A stretch of 26,869 nt of DNA from IMG/VR virus record IMGVR_UViG_3300032233_001657, positions 1 to 26,869 of that record; one strand, given 5' to 3'. Under the pieces are notes generated by a model. It made no database searches and was not told where the DNA came from. It worked only from the letters and a program-made list of their open reading frames with translations. A program made the translations under genes and the position numbers. Positions within the stretch are counted from its first letter, which is position 1. The number at the start of each line of letters is the position of its first letter. Shown piece by piece: positions 1-8,411 of this stretch. Origin of the DNA: a virus. Its lineage: Duplodnaviria; Caudoviricetes.

Positions 1-608
1 CTGTGTCTATCTAAATTGGCTCTATCGCTAACTTTAATTTTTGGTAGTGAACATTTTTCTAAATGCCTTTGTACAGTACCATCGCCCAATAAAATTTGAT
101 TTATTAATGGATATATCAAATATCTTTTAATATATTCACTATCGGAAATTTCAGAAGAAAAATCAACTTTTCTATCTATGTCTTTAGATTGATTTGTGTG
201 TAAATTTGTAAGTGATTTTGTTGCTGAACCCGTTAAACGTGGTTCACACTTTGGTATTGTATTTGAATCGGTAATATAAACATCACCATATTGTTCTTTT
301 AATCTTTCAATAGCATCTTTATGTGTTGCAACGAACTCTTCAATGTTTCTATGACATGGATAAAAGATAACAATAGGTGTTCCTGTTGATTTATCAATTA
401 CTTTATGACCAATATGTTCACCAGTTGCTTTACCACCTCTAAATTTTTGACCTGTGGTTTTATAGTCACCCTCATCACCAGGTTCACTCATAATCGGCTC
501 CCATGATTTTTCAATTCCTTGTTGTTTCTTAAAATCCGCCATCTCATCAACCTCAATATGAGATTCAACAAGTTGTGACATTAAGTCTTTTTTTAATATT
601 TCTTTCAT
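1..608 (-). CDS. Hypothetical protein, 3'-truncated at the window edge (MKEILKKDLMSQLVESHIEVDEMADF...)
   Basis: Hand-translated open frame of about 202 codons from ATG at 608 to the window edge. A TATTTATA motif lies just upstream. Not in the supplied ORF track. Confidence 0.8.
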   Translation of the reverse strand, partial: MKEILKKDLMSQLVESHIEVDEMADFKKQQGIEKSWEPIMSEPGDEGDYKTTGQKFRGGKATGEHIGHKVIDKSTGTPIVIFYPCHRNIEEFVATHKDAIERLKEQYGDVYITDSNTIPKCEPRLTGSATKSLTNLHTNQSKDIDRKVDFSSEISDSEYIKRYLIYPLINQILLGDGTVQRHLEKCSLPKIKVSDRANLDRH

Positions 609-629
609 TGATAGATATTCTTATATGTA

Positions 630-637
630 TATAAATA
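630..637 (-). promoter_or_regulatory. TATTTATA motif, putative phage late-type promoter
   Basis: The same motif lies shortly upstream of the starts at 2527, 7104, 12781 and 16868. Confidence 0.5.
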
Positions 638-661
638 CTACAATTATAGTATTTGTATTAT

Positions 662-1027
662 TTATACATTCATTTTAAGAACGCAAGAAAGATGGTCAGT
701 ATTTACCAAGTAATCTCCGTCCACCTCAGAGGTGTCTTCACCACAATATTGACACACCCATTGGTTTGGTTTACTTTCTTCTGGTGTCACATTGAAGTTT
801 TCATAATAAAACTGTCTAATTTTACCACCTAACTCAGCGTCATTTGGGTACGATTTAATGTAATGTCGAGGTATCGTTATCATATCTCGACCACTTGAGT
901 CTCCTTTAAAATAACACGAGGTACATAATTGCCCCGCTCCTTCGATGTAACCTGTTCTGTAATCAACGTGTGTGTTCATGTCTACCGTGGTTTCTTTACC
1001 ACATAAAATACAAATTTCATTAGGCAT
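662..1027 (-). CDS. Hypothetical protein with two putative Zn-binding modules
   Basis: CILC...GAGQLCTSC at the N-terminus and CQYC...HLSC at the C-terminus. Confidence 0.7.
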   Translation of the reverse strand: MPNEICILCGKETTVDMNTHVDYRTGYIEGAGQLCTSCYFKGDSSGRDMITIPRHYIKSYPNDAELGGKIRQFYYENFNVTPEESKPNQWVCQYCGEDTSEVDGDYLVNTDHLSCVLKMNV

Positions 1028-1044
1028 ATAATAGTTTTAGAATA

Positions 1045-1076
1045 CTAATATACAATGTTTATTCGATAAATCCAAA
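1045..1076 (-). promoter_or_regulatory. Bacteroidota-type primary sigma promoter (TTTG-N20-TATATTAG)
   Basis: Matches the -33 TTTG / -7 TAnnTTTG consensus with one mismatch. Nearly identical to 15710-15741. Confidence 0.6.
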
Positions 1077-1096
1077 ATAATGATGAAATAATATTA

Positions 1097-2527
1097 TTAA
1101 GCAACCGTTAATGCAATTCGATTAACTTCTCCAGCAATTTTATTAATAACAGGTTCATAATCTGCACTTGCATATCTATTACCGTCCTTATTAACAAAAT
1201 TTTGAACCAAATCATTTGCCGTTTTACCACCTGTTAGGTAATTTTTAGCAATTAGATTGTAATAAGTGTTGATACCTATTTGAACATCAGAGTGTTGAAC
1301 ATTTGACCCACTGTCGGTGTTCCCAACATTAAATGGATTCTTGGTTCTAATAGGTCTACTATTAGGGTCACCGTTACCAATACCACCTTCGGCAGCTAAG
1401 TGAGCTAACGCTAATTCAGGTGGAACGTATTTTTTATAATTAACAAACGCACCTTTAGCTCCTCTTGCCATCATTTCACCGGTAATGTTTAATAAATTTG
1501 GTTTTCTACTATCAATAAATTTCTGAGATATTTCAGCATATTTTCTATAACCTTCGTCGGTATTTAAATCTATATCAGTGAATGATGCACCTCCACCAGT
1601 AAGAACTGCCGCATCGATGTATTTTTTAAGTTCCTCAGATGTTACACCCTTTTGTTTTAATAATTCAATAAGTTTGTTTAACATATCAGGATTTGCATAA
1701 ACATTGTCTTGTTTCACACCTGAAGTTAAATCTAACCCATCTTTATTAATATAGTCCATTGGATTAACCAACTTACCGTCTTTGTATAATTCAAAATGTA
1801 AATGACGACCAGTACTTCTACCGTGACCTGGATCATCAATTTTACCGCCACTAACACCTAAGATATCGCCAGTTTTAATGACCTGTCCTTTGGTAACGTT
1901 AATTTCTTTAGCATGACAATATCTACTTTTAAAACCTCCACCGTGTTGGACTGCTATTGTTCCTCCACAAGCGTCGTCTCTTATTTCAGCATCAACAACA
2001 GTACCATCTGCAGGTGATTTAATCTGTTCTTGGTCTGCAGCTAAATCCACACCAGGATGATTACCCCCATTTCTTGGTCCGAACGGTGAGTTAATTTTTA
2101 AAGTACTTAATGGAGATTCAAGAGTCGCCTCATTAATTGCCCCATCCTTTATATTGTTATCTGTTTTAAATTTAACAACTGCAGCCGCAGTTTCGGGACC
2201 AAATAAACCATCAACACCGTGTTTAGGAAGTTGGTACCCCAACATCATTAACCCAATTTGCATAGATTCGACCTCTTTTTGAAAGGTCATTGTTCCCTTT
2301 TCTTGTTGTTTTAACCCACCATTTTGTGATGATTGTTCTAAAGTATTGTAAAATTGACTAACATCGTCATTTACTAAATCGGCCTTTATTGGGTCATCTA
2401 CTTTTTTATCGTTTCCTTTTAAACCAACCGACCTTAATACATTGTCCAAAAATCCCTCCTCAATTAAGGTTTTACCATAAGTGAGTGTGTGAATTCTTTT
2501 TAAATCTTCTTGTAATGACCTTTTCAT
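1097..2527 (-). CDS. Multidomain peptidoglycan hydrolase: PG-binding domain, M23 peptidase and C-terminal lysozyme/glucosaminidase-like domain
   Basis: PG-binding motif MQIGLMMLGY...VDGLFGPET. M23 motifs HPGVD (HxxxD), YCH and STGRHLHFE (HxH). C-terminal LAHLAAEGG...NPFNVGN...RYAS. Confidence 0.85.
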   Translation of the reverse strand: MKRSLQEDLKRIHTLTYGKTLIEEGFLDNVLRSVGLKGNDKKVDDPIKADLVNDDVSQFYNTLEQSSQNGGLKQQEKGTMTFQKEVESMQIGLMMLGYQLPKHGVDGLFGPETAAAVVKFKTDNNIKDGAINEATLESPLSTLKINSPFGPRNGGNHPGVDLAADQEQIKSPADGTVVDAEIRDDACGGTIAVQHGGGFKSRYCHAKEINVTKGQVIKTGDILGVSGGKIDDPGHGRSTGRHLHFELYKDGKLVNPMDYINKDGLDLTSGVKQDNVYANPDMLNKLIELLKQKGVTSEELKKYIDAAVLTGGGASFTDIDLNTDEGYRKYAEISQKFIDSRKPNLLNITGEMMARGAKGAFVNYKKYVPPELALAHLAAEGGIGNGDPNSRPIRTKNPFNVGNTDSGSNVQHSDVQIGINTYYNLIAKNYLTGGKTANDLVQNFVNKDGNRYASADYEPVINKIAGEVNRIALTVA

Positions 2528-2533
2528 ATTAAC

Positions 2534-2540
2534 ATAAATA
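2534..2540 (-). promoter_or_regulatory. TATTTAT motif upstream of the lysin gene
   Basis: Recurring motif, 6 nt before the ATG at 2527. Confidence 0.45.
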
Positions 2541-2548
2541 CATGGAAA

Positions 2549-2725
2549 TTACATAATCTGATGTTTATCGTTTTCATTATCTTCATCTTTTTCAAACAAA
2601 CCGAATAAATCGTCTCCTTTATAATCAGGGTGGTTTTTTTGCATATAATCAATACCAACAACCCATCTCCATGAGATAAAACCAATGACGATGAACATTA
2701 TTCCAAAAACCGGTAAGTATTCCAT
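2549..2725 (-). CDS. Small membrane protein, 58 aa (MEYLPVFGIMFIVIGFISWRWVVGIDYMQKNHPDYKGDDLF...)
   Basis: Hand-translated. Fills the gap between neighbours. N-terminal hydrophobic helix and acidic tail. Confidence 0.75.
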   Translation of the reverse strand: MEYLPVFGIMFIVIGFISWRWVVGIDYMQKNHPDYKGDDLFGLFEKDEDNENDKHQIM

Positions 2726-2729
2726 ATAT

Positions 2730-3260
2730 CTATCTGTTTAATTTAAGTATGCACTCTTCAACTTTATCTCTCAACCTACCACCAACTCCGTGGTCACCAT
2801 CCACTTGAACGTGTCTCCACATTGGTGTTTTTGGTGTTAACCATTTGAATGTGTGATATAAATCCAAATCATCAATGGCAATCCAATTAGATATCTTATT
2901 GTCTTTAGCCCACTTAACAACTTGCATCGCCCTTTCATGTTCTAATGATGTTCTACTCATCTTATTCCACAGAGAGAACTGACACGTCATATCTAATAAG
3001 TTTGACCCGTGGATGCCATAATGTTGGAATATGTCTTTCATTTGTTTAAATGCAAATTGGAATCTCCAATCGGAACTTAAAACTAACTTTGCGTTAGTTT
3101 CATCTAATATAGTTTTAAGAGCATCACAATCTTCTTTAACCCATGGGTATGGAATTGTAAACTTCGTATGTCTATCACCGTTGATTGTAACAAATCCCTC
3201 ATTCCAAGTTCCCCAAGCTAAGGGTCCGTCAATGTCAATGAAAATTATCTTCTGTCTCAT
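2730..3260 (-). CDS. HAD-superfamily protein (Swiss-Army-Knife RNA-repair-like HAD domain)
   Basis: IFIDIDG (DxD motif I), LVLSSDWR (motif II) and WIAIDD (motif IV). Confidence 0.8.
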   Translation of the reverse strand: MRQKIIFIDIDGPLAWGTWNEGFVTINGDRHTKFTIPYPWVKEDCDALKTILDETNAKLVLSSDWRFQFAFKQMKDIFQHYGIHGSNLLDMTCQFSLWNKMSRTSLEHERAMQVVKWAKDNKISNWIAIDDLDLYHTFKWLTPKTPMWRHVQVDGDHGVGGRLRDKVEECILKLNR

Positions 3261-3937
3261 TTTGTAAAATTACTAAAATTCTTCTTAAATTCCTTTTGGT
3301 ATATTTTTAATTCTTTTGTGTCCATTCCATTATATAAACCAGTTGACATAAATGCTTGGATTTCATCATCAATAATTTTCTTATCATCAACATAACCCAT
3401 TTTTATAAGTTTCTTGTTTAACTTTTCATAATGAATTGGTTTGATGTTTTTAATTAGATTTGTGACGTTATTTTTATATTCTTTATTTGTAAAATATAAT
3501 CCATGTGCAATTTCGTGGTTAGTTGTTCCTTTATCTTTTGAACTTGCTCCAATCAAATACCAATTACATCTTGTATTATTATTTTTATTTTGTGAATCAA
3601 TCGCACAATAAAAATAAATGTCATTCATAATTTTATCATACTCAGTTTCTTTATGGAATATGTTGTTGGCTTTTTCCATAACATTACTTGGGATGTTATA
3701 TCCAGACCAATCATCAGGATATGTGAATGTTTTTTTCTTCCAAGCCAACTTATAATGTCTCATGTACTCCATCCATGTGAATGGTTTACCTCTGAATTTT
3801 TTATATGGAGATTCGTAAAACTCTTGGTACCTACAGAACAACATTGCCCTATCGTAATCATCATCTATCTCAACACAATAGATAAATGGTTTTATTTCTT
3901 TTACTTTACCCTTAACTAACGGGTGTTTAATTTTCAT
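3257..3937 (-). CDS. Hypothetical protein with HExxH zinc-metallopeptidase-like motif
   Basis: HEIAH followed by a downstream Glu in IIDDEIQAF. ATGA overlap with the next gene. Confidence 0.65.
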   Translation of the reverse strand: MKIKHPLVKGKVKEIKPFIYCVEIDDDYDRAMLFCRYQEFYESPYKKFRGKPFTWMEYMRHYKLAWKKKTFTYPDDWSGYNIPSNVMEKANNIFHKETEYDKIMNDIYFYCAIDSQNKNNNTRCNWYLIGASSKDKGTTNHEIAHGLYFTNKEYKNNVTNLIKNIKPIHYEKLNKKLIKMGYVDDKKIIDDEIQAFMSTGLYNGMDTKELKIYQKEFKKNFSNFTK

Positions 3938-4717
3938 TTATAATTTTTCATTTATATAATTTATAATACTGTTCGCAACTATTTTGTGAGCCTCAATCCC
4001 CATATGCTCATCCGTAGCCAAACCATTAGTTTCATCTTTGATTAATAATTTTTGTTCAGTTAACCAATGGGTCATTGGTGTGGTGTTGTATGGCCAATTT
4101 GGTCCTTCAAACCAAATGTAATTGTAATCACCTTTTACTTTATTTCTAAATAAAAAATGTTGGAAATCACCAGTATCAATCAATATGTATTTGAGATTAT
4201 TTAATTTAAAATAAGAAAGTAATCCCAATATTCCCCTCATCCATTTATCTAATTCTAAATCATAATCAACAAACGCCTCAAAATATGATGATATAACTTT
4301 ATGTATTTTATGTAAATCTTTTTTATCATGGCCTCCTGCAAAATCTGTTGGGTCGTCTGGTGATAATATGTTCCCTATTGTCATATTAACCATACGTTTT
4401 AATTCATTTGAATAGACTTCTTCTCTCCAACCTGGTGGTATTTCAATAATGAATAGTGTTTCATTTAAATCATTAATATTTTTAAATATATAATCATAAG
4501 TTAGTCTTAATAATCTATGTACAGATCCACCAAAGTCTCCTTCATTTACCACCGGTACGTTAAAGTGTTTACCAACAATAGTTGGGTATGCAACATCTAA
4601 ATGATTTTTAATTTCCAAATTAAAAATTTCTTTATAAACTTTTTTAACTTCGGGCCAATTAAATCCACCGCCAATACATTGACTACCACCACTTATGTAT
4701 ATTTTTTTTATATTCAT
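3938..4717 (-). CDS. SGNH/GDSL hydrolase-like protein
   Basis: N-terminal IYISGGSQ (GDS-like) and C-terminal DEHMG..AH (DxH). The likely start is ATG 4717, which overlaps the upstream stop (the track gives 4726). Confidence 0.6.
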   Translation of the reverse strand: MNIKKIYISGGSQCIGGGFNWPEVKKVYKEIFNLEIKNHLDVAYPTIVGKHFNVPVVNEGDFGGSVHRLLRLTYDYIFKNINDLNETLFIIEIPPGWREEVYSNELKRMVNMTIGNILSPDDPTDFAGGHDKKDLHKIHKVISSYFEAFVDYDLELDKWMRGILGLLSYFKLNNLKYILIDTGDFQHFLFRNKVKGDYNYIWFEGPNWPYNTTPMTHWLTEQKLLIKDETNGLATDEHMGIEAHKIVANSIINYINEKL

Positions 4718-5331
4718 TATAAACAACTTTTTAATATTTCTTTACAAAGGTCTTCAGGGATTTTACTTCTTTCGTAAGCATTTGCTCTACCTTGAGTTCC
4801 AGTACGAGAACCTCTCGGTGCCGCAACATGACAAGGGTCACCATTCTTACACATAGGTTTTGGAACCCACATATCACTATTAGTCCATATGTCAGTTGGT
4901 TTCATTCTTTCGTCTCCGTATTGACAGTATGTGACAGAATTCTTTTTCAATCCTTTAACCACATCTAATTTACGAAGAACTCCACGTGGGTTTTCCATAA
5001 ACCAATATGTTGGTTGAAAGTAATTGATAATTTCTAATGTCTTTTTAACTAATTCAATACCTAATCGAGCGGTATCTGTTTTGGGGATGTACGCCCCTTT
5101 ACCACCTGTCCAATGATGTCCTATTGCAGCAACACTAAATCCTGTACATGGTGGTGAAGCCCAAATGATATCAGGTTTAAACGGGACTTTTGTGACGTCA
5201 AAGTCCAATATACTTATTGGGTAATCAATACCCTCAAACTCAATTAAATCGGAAGAGAAAACCTCCATTCCAAGTTCCTTAGCAATCTTACCAACTGAAC
5301 GACTACCAGCAAATAATTCTAATACTTTCAT
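4717..5331 (-). CDS. Compact DNA (cytosine-5) methyltransferase
   Basis: Motif I VLELFAGS, motif IV WASPPCT and motif VI FMENP. Confidence 0.85.
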   Translation of the reverse strand: MKVLELFAGSRSVGKIAKELGMEVFSSDLIEFEGIDYPISILDFDVTKVPFKPDIIWASPPCTGFSVAAIGHHWTGGKGAYIPKTDTARLGIELVKKTLEIINYFQPTYWFMENPRGVLRKLDVVKGLKKNSVTYCQYGDERMKPTDIWTNSDMWVPKPMCKNGDPCHVAAPRGSRTGTQGRANAYERSKIPEDLCKEILKSCL

Positions 5332-5367
5332 AGATATAATATAATGAAAAATACCGATTAAAAAAAA

Positions 5368-6045
5368 TCAAATTATCTTTGGAGTACTTTTAATTGAGTT
5401 AAATATTAATTCAGCTAATACTTTGTTTGATTTTGTACCGATGTGTAAATCATCCCACTTTCCATTTGTTTCATCTTTAATTGTTTCTAATCCCAATCCT
5501 GATACAAATTTAATATTTTGATTAAATACGATGTTTCGATTATCGTCTATGATATTAATTATTTTAGGTGGTACCCAATATAACGCGTAACATTTAATAT
5601 TATGTTTTTCTAAATGATTAAATAGGGAATATACACGTTGCATTTCATACCAACTTCTTCTTTCTTCAAATTTAGAAAGATAACTTACCAACACATATTT
5701 GTCATCTTCAGTTAAATTAAATGATTTTAAATTTTTAATCACATCATCATCTCGAACAACAAAATCTTTCCATTTAAAATCAATATCCTCAAACCTAAAA
5801 TATGCATTTTGAAAAAATTGAAATTGGAAAAAAACAATCTCAGCGTTATTAATAATATCATTTAAATTATTAATAAAGACATTAAGATTGTTAACTAAAT
5901 TACTACCTGGTATTCCAAGGTTAACATAATCCATACCCATCATTTTAGATAGATAATTTGGGTAAGTAACGTGAGTATAATTTAAATTTAAGTTTTCAGG
6001 AGTATGTATTCCCGCAGTGTGACTATCACCAATGTAATATATCAT
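5368..6045 (-). CDS. SGNH/GDSL hydrolase-like protein
   Basis: IYYIGDSHTAG, NLGIPGSN and C-terminal DLHIG. Confidence 0.7.
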   Translation of the reverse strand: MIYYIGDSHTAGIHTPENLNLNYTHVTYPNYLSKMMGMDYVNLGIPGSNLVNNLNVFINNLNDIINNAEIVFFQFQFFQNAYFRFEDIDFKWKDFVVRDDDVIKNLKSFNLTEDDKYVLVSYLSKFEERRSWYEMQRVYSLFNHLEKHNIKCYALYWVPPKIINIIDDNRNIVFNQNIKFVSGLGLETIKDETNGKWDDLHIGTKSNKVLAELIFNSIKSTPKII

Positions 6046-6371
6046 AATGAAAAACTTTCACCACAACCACAAGTTCGACTTGCCTGTGGGTTAATCCAAT
6101 TAAAACCCTTTCCATTTAATCCATCAGAGTAGTCTAATTCAGTACCATATAGATATAATACTGATTTTTTGTCTATGATTACCTTTAACGAACTTAAATC
6201 AACCACTTCGTCCATATCTGTTACAGTATCATCAAAATCCATTGCATATGATAATCCACTACAACCACCTCCTTTAACACCAACACGAAGATAATGAGTG
6301 TCAGGATTAATCCCCTGATTCATCATTAATTCAATAACATGATTAAGTGCCTTTTCTGAAACTGTAACCAT
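6042..6371 (-). CDS. iscA: Fe-S cluster A-type carrier (IscA/HesB family)
   Basis: LRVGVKGGGCSGLSY and C-terminal CGCGESF. Confidence 0.93.
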   Translation of the reverse strand: MVTVSEKALNHVIELMMNQGINPDTHYLRVGVKGGGCSGLSYAMDFDDTVTDMDEVVDLSSLKVIIDKKSVLYLYGTELDYSDGLNGKGFNWINPQASRTCGCGESFSL

Positions 6372-6372
6372 C

Positions 6373-6681
6373 TTAATTATATTTTAAACCAAAGAATTCA
6401 TAGTTTTTATGAACGTATTCTTCTTCACCCGCTTTTATTGCCAAATCTTCATCTTCATAAATTGCACTAACGGGACATTCAGGAACACACGCTCCACAAT
6501 TTATACAGGTATCTGGGTTTATGTATAGTTGTCCACCAGGAAACGCATATCTACCTTGTTCACTCACTTCAGAACCTGAACCTTCAATGTTTATTGGTCC
6601 GTGAATACAATCTACTGGACAAGCATTTGCACAAGCTGTGTCCATACAATCAACACAAGCTTTTCCAATAATAAAACTCAT
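6373..6681 (-). CDS. Dicluster ferredoxin (FdxA-like)
   Basis: CxxCxxxxCxxxCPVDCI and CINCGACVPECP. Confidence 0.9.
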   Translation of the reverse strand: MSFIIGKACVDCMDTACANACPVDCIHGPINIEGSGSEVSEQGRYAFPGGQLYINPDTCINCGACVPECPVSAIYEDEDLAIKAGEEEYVHKNYEFFGLKYN

Positions 6682-6693
6682 AATTTATATTTT

Positions 6694-7104
6694 TTATATA
6701 TGTGATTCTTCAAAGATTATTTCCTCTAACCCTTGTTTTTTTCTGTAATCGTTTATCGCAGATTTGATTGCGTCTTCCGCCAATACTGAACAATGTATTT
6801 TTACAGGAGGTAAGTTTAATTCTTCAACTAAATCCATATTATCGATGGTTAACGCATCATCAATAGTTTTACCTTTTAACCATTCTGTAGCAACCGAAGA
6901 TGACGCAATCGCAGAACCACACCCAAAGGTTTTAAATTTTGCATCAATAATGATACCATCTATAACTTCAATTTGTAATCTCATCACATCACCACACTCG
7001 GGTGCTCCAACTAATCCCGTACCTACATTAGATTTACTTTTATCCAAAGTTCCCACATTCTTTGGGTTAGAATAATGGTCTAACACCTTATTTGAATATG
7101 CCAT
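6694..7104 (-). CDS. iscU: Fe-S cluster scaffold IscU
   Basis: DHYSNPKNVG, GAPECGDVM, FKTFGCGSAIAS and LPPVKIHCS. Confidence 0.95.
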   Translation of the reverse strand: MAYSNKVLDHYSNPKNVGTLDKSKSNVGTGLVGAPECGDVMRLQIEVIDGIIIDAKFKTFGCGSAIASSSVATEWLKGKTIDDALTIDNMDLVEELNLPPVKIHCSVLAEDAIKSAINDYRKKQGLEEIIFEESHI

Positions 7105-7121
7105 TTGTATTTGTTTATATG

Positions 7122-7128
7122 ATAAATA
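7122..7128 (-). promoter_or_regulatory. TATTTAT motif upstream of iscU
   Basis: Recurring motif, 17 nt before the ATG at 7104. Confidence 0.45.
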
Positions 7129-7278
7129 TCATATTTTCTTTTTAAAAAGGTCTTTAAGTTTTTTACCCGGTTTTGTAATTCTACCTTTATCATCCATTTC
7201 GGGTGCACTATACATACTATATGCAATAAACAAACCACTAAGAATCATTAATGAACCGATTATTTCAAATGTTTTCAT
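7129..7278 (-). CDS. Small single-pass membrane protein (MKTFEIIGSLMILSGLFIAYSMYSAPEMDD...)
   Basis: Hydrophobic N-terminal helix and basic tail. ATG 7278 is preferred over 7314 because it avoids overlap with the upstream gene. Confidence 0.65.
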   Translation of the reverse strand: MKTFEIIGSLMILSGLFIAYSMYSAPEMDDKGRITKPGKKLKDLFKKKI

Positions 7279-7289
7279 ATTTTTATAGT

Positions 7290-7583
7290 TTAGGTTTTCC
7301 AAATTTGCCACCAACGTTTTTTAGGTGCGGGTAAACATTGTGAGAACGGGTTATCACCAAATGAAACCCTGTTCAAATATTTTACTGATATCATATTCAT
7401 AAACACTTCTTGATATTCTTCAGGAATGGTATCAAAATCGGCCTCAATTTTAATGTTCATTGATACCGTTCCATTATCTGGTGTGGTTAGGTAGAGTGTT
7501 TGATATGTGCTAACTAATCTTGATGATTTCATTGACATGTTATTCCCCCCACCTAAAAATATCTCAGATTCTTTTTTACTCAT
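7290..7583 (-). CDS. Hypothetical protein with C-terminal KKRWWQIWK amphipathic motif
   Basis: ORF track; tightly packed with its neighbours. Confidence 0.7.
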   Translation of the reverse strand: MSKKESEIFLGGGNNMSMKSSRLVSTYQTLYLTTPDNGTVSMNIKIEADFDTIPEEYQEVFMNMISVKYLNRVSFGDNPFSQCLPAPKKRWWQIWKT

Positions 7584-7868
7584 TTACTCTGTTTGTGTTG
7601 CTTTAATTAATTCTATTTCTTGAACTGCTTTAGGATTTTTTTCTTTATAAATTTCTAACGCAACCTCATATCTACCCGCTTCAGTAAAATTAATAAAGGA
7701 TTCATCACGAAGACTATCGGATAATGTTTGTAAACTATCAATATGTTTTGATGAAGATATTTTAAGTTCCTGATAGACTCTATCTTTCTCAAAATATTCG
7801 AATGACATTATTGTCAAACCTAATAATGTCATTGCTAAACCCGCCCTAAATTTGGTTTCGGTTGTCAT
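7584..7868 (-). CDS. Membrane-anchored helical hypothetical protein
   Basis: N-terminal transmembrane segment, then a helical region (IDSLQTLSDSL...RYE). Confidence 0.7.
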   Translation of the reverse strand: MTTETKFRAGLAMTLLGLTIMSFEYFEKDRVYQELKISSSKHIDSLQTLSDSLRDESFINFTEAGRYEVALEIYKEKNPKAVQEIELIKATQTE

Positions 7869-8167
7869 TAGTCTAAATTTTTAATGTCAGTTAATGTTTT
7901 TTCTACATCTTCTTCCGAAAGGTAACCAAGTACATCATCAGTAATTGGTGTTTCATATGATATATGTCCATCTTTACCAAAGATAGCAATTTCATATAAA
8001 CCGTTCTTACCTCCGTAAGTGTGTTCACCTTTAACAATACTAGCTCCGTAACCATTTGGAAACTGAACTATACATTGATTTCCTATCCCCATCGGGTGTG
8101 GTTGAAAGTTGAGTTCTTTGAACACTACTGTGTCGAAGTTGTTCGTTGGTCTTTCTGTTGTTTTCAT
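7868..8167 (-). CDS. Phage-type hypothetical protein
   Basis: FPNGYGASIV...YGG..GLYEIA...TPITDDVLGYL, a pattern I recognise from phage hypothetical proteins. Confidence 0.75.
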   Translation of the reverse strand: MKTTERPTNNFDTVVFKELNFQPHPMGIGNQCIVQFPNGYGASIVKGEHTYGGKNGLYEIAIFGKDGHISYETPITDDVLGYLSEEDVEKTLTDIKNLD

Positions 8168-8212
8168 CTTTTAATTTTTTTACGAATGCTTGAGTTAAAT
8201 AATAATTCATAT

Positions 8213-8377
8213 TTAAAATATTTCTTCGGCGATACCTAAACCTTCAGCTAATACGAATAATAATGCCGAACTTTTAAAATCACCATTAAATAAAAAATAA
8301 CACGCTCCAAATCTTATAATGGACTTTATGATACTAATCCAAAAATGACTATTTGTTTTTGATTCTTTCTGTTGCAT
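8213..8377 (-). CDS. Small membrane protein, 54 aa (MQQKESKTNSHFWISIIKSIIRFGACYFL...LAEGLGIAEEIF)
   Basis: Hand-translated. Two hydrophobic segments and a promoter directly upstream. Confidence 0.75.
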   Translation of the reverse strand: MQQKESKTNSHFWISIIKSIIRFGACYFLFNGDFKSSALLFVLAEGLGIAEEIF

Positions 8378-8380
8378 AAT

Positions 8381-8411
8381 CTAATATAGTTAAATTTTCT
8401 TGAATTTCAAA
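8381..8411 (-). promoter_or_regulatory. Bacteroidota-type promoter (TTTG-N19-TATATTAG), probably giving a leaderless mRNA
   Basis: The -7 box ends 3 nt before the ATG at 8377. Confidence 0.55.

Noticed and set aside
8040-8210. 56-aa minus-strand ORF (MNYYLTQAFVKKLK...) overlapping the start of 7868-8167, considered as a frameshift extension
   Set aside because: It is short, has no motif support, and the downstream gene has its own good ATG. It cannot be excluded but is unsupported.
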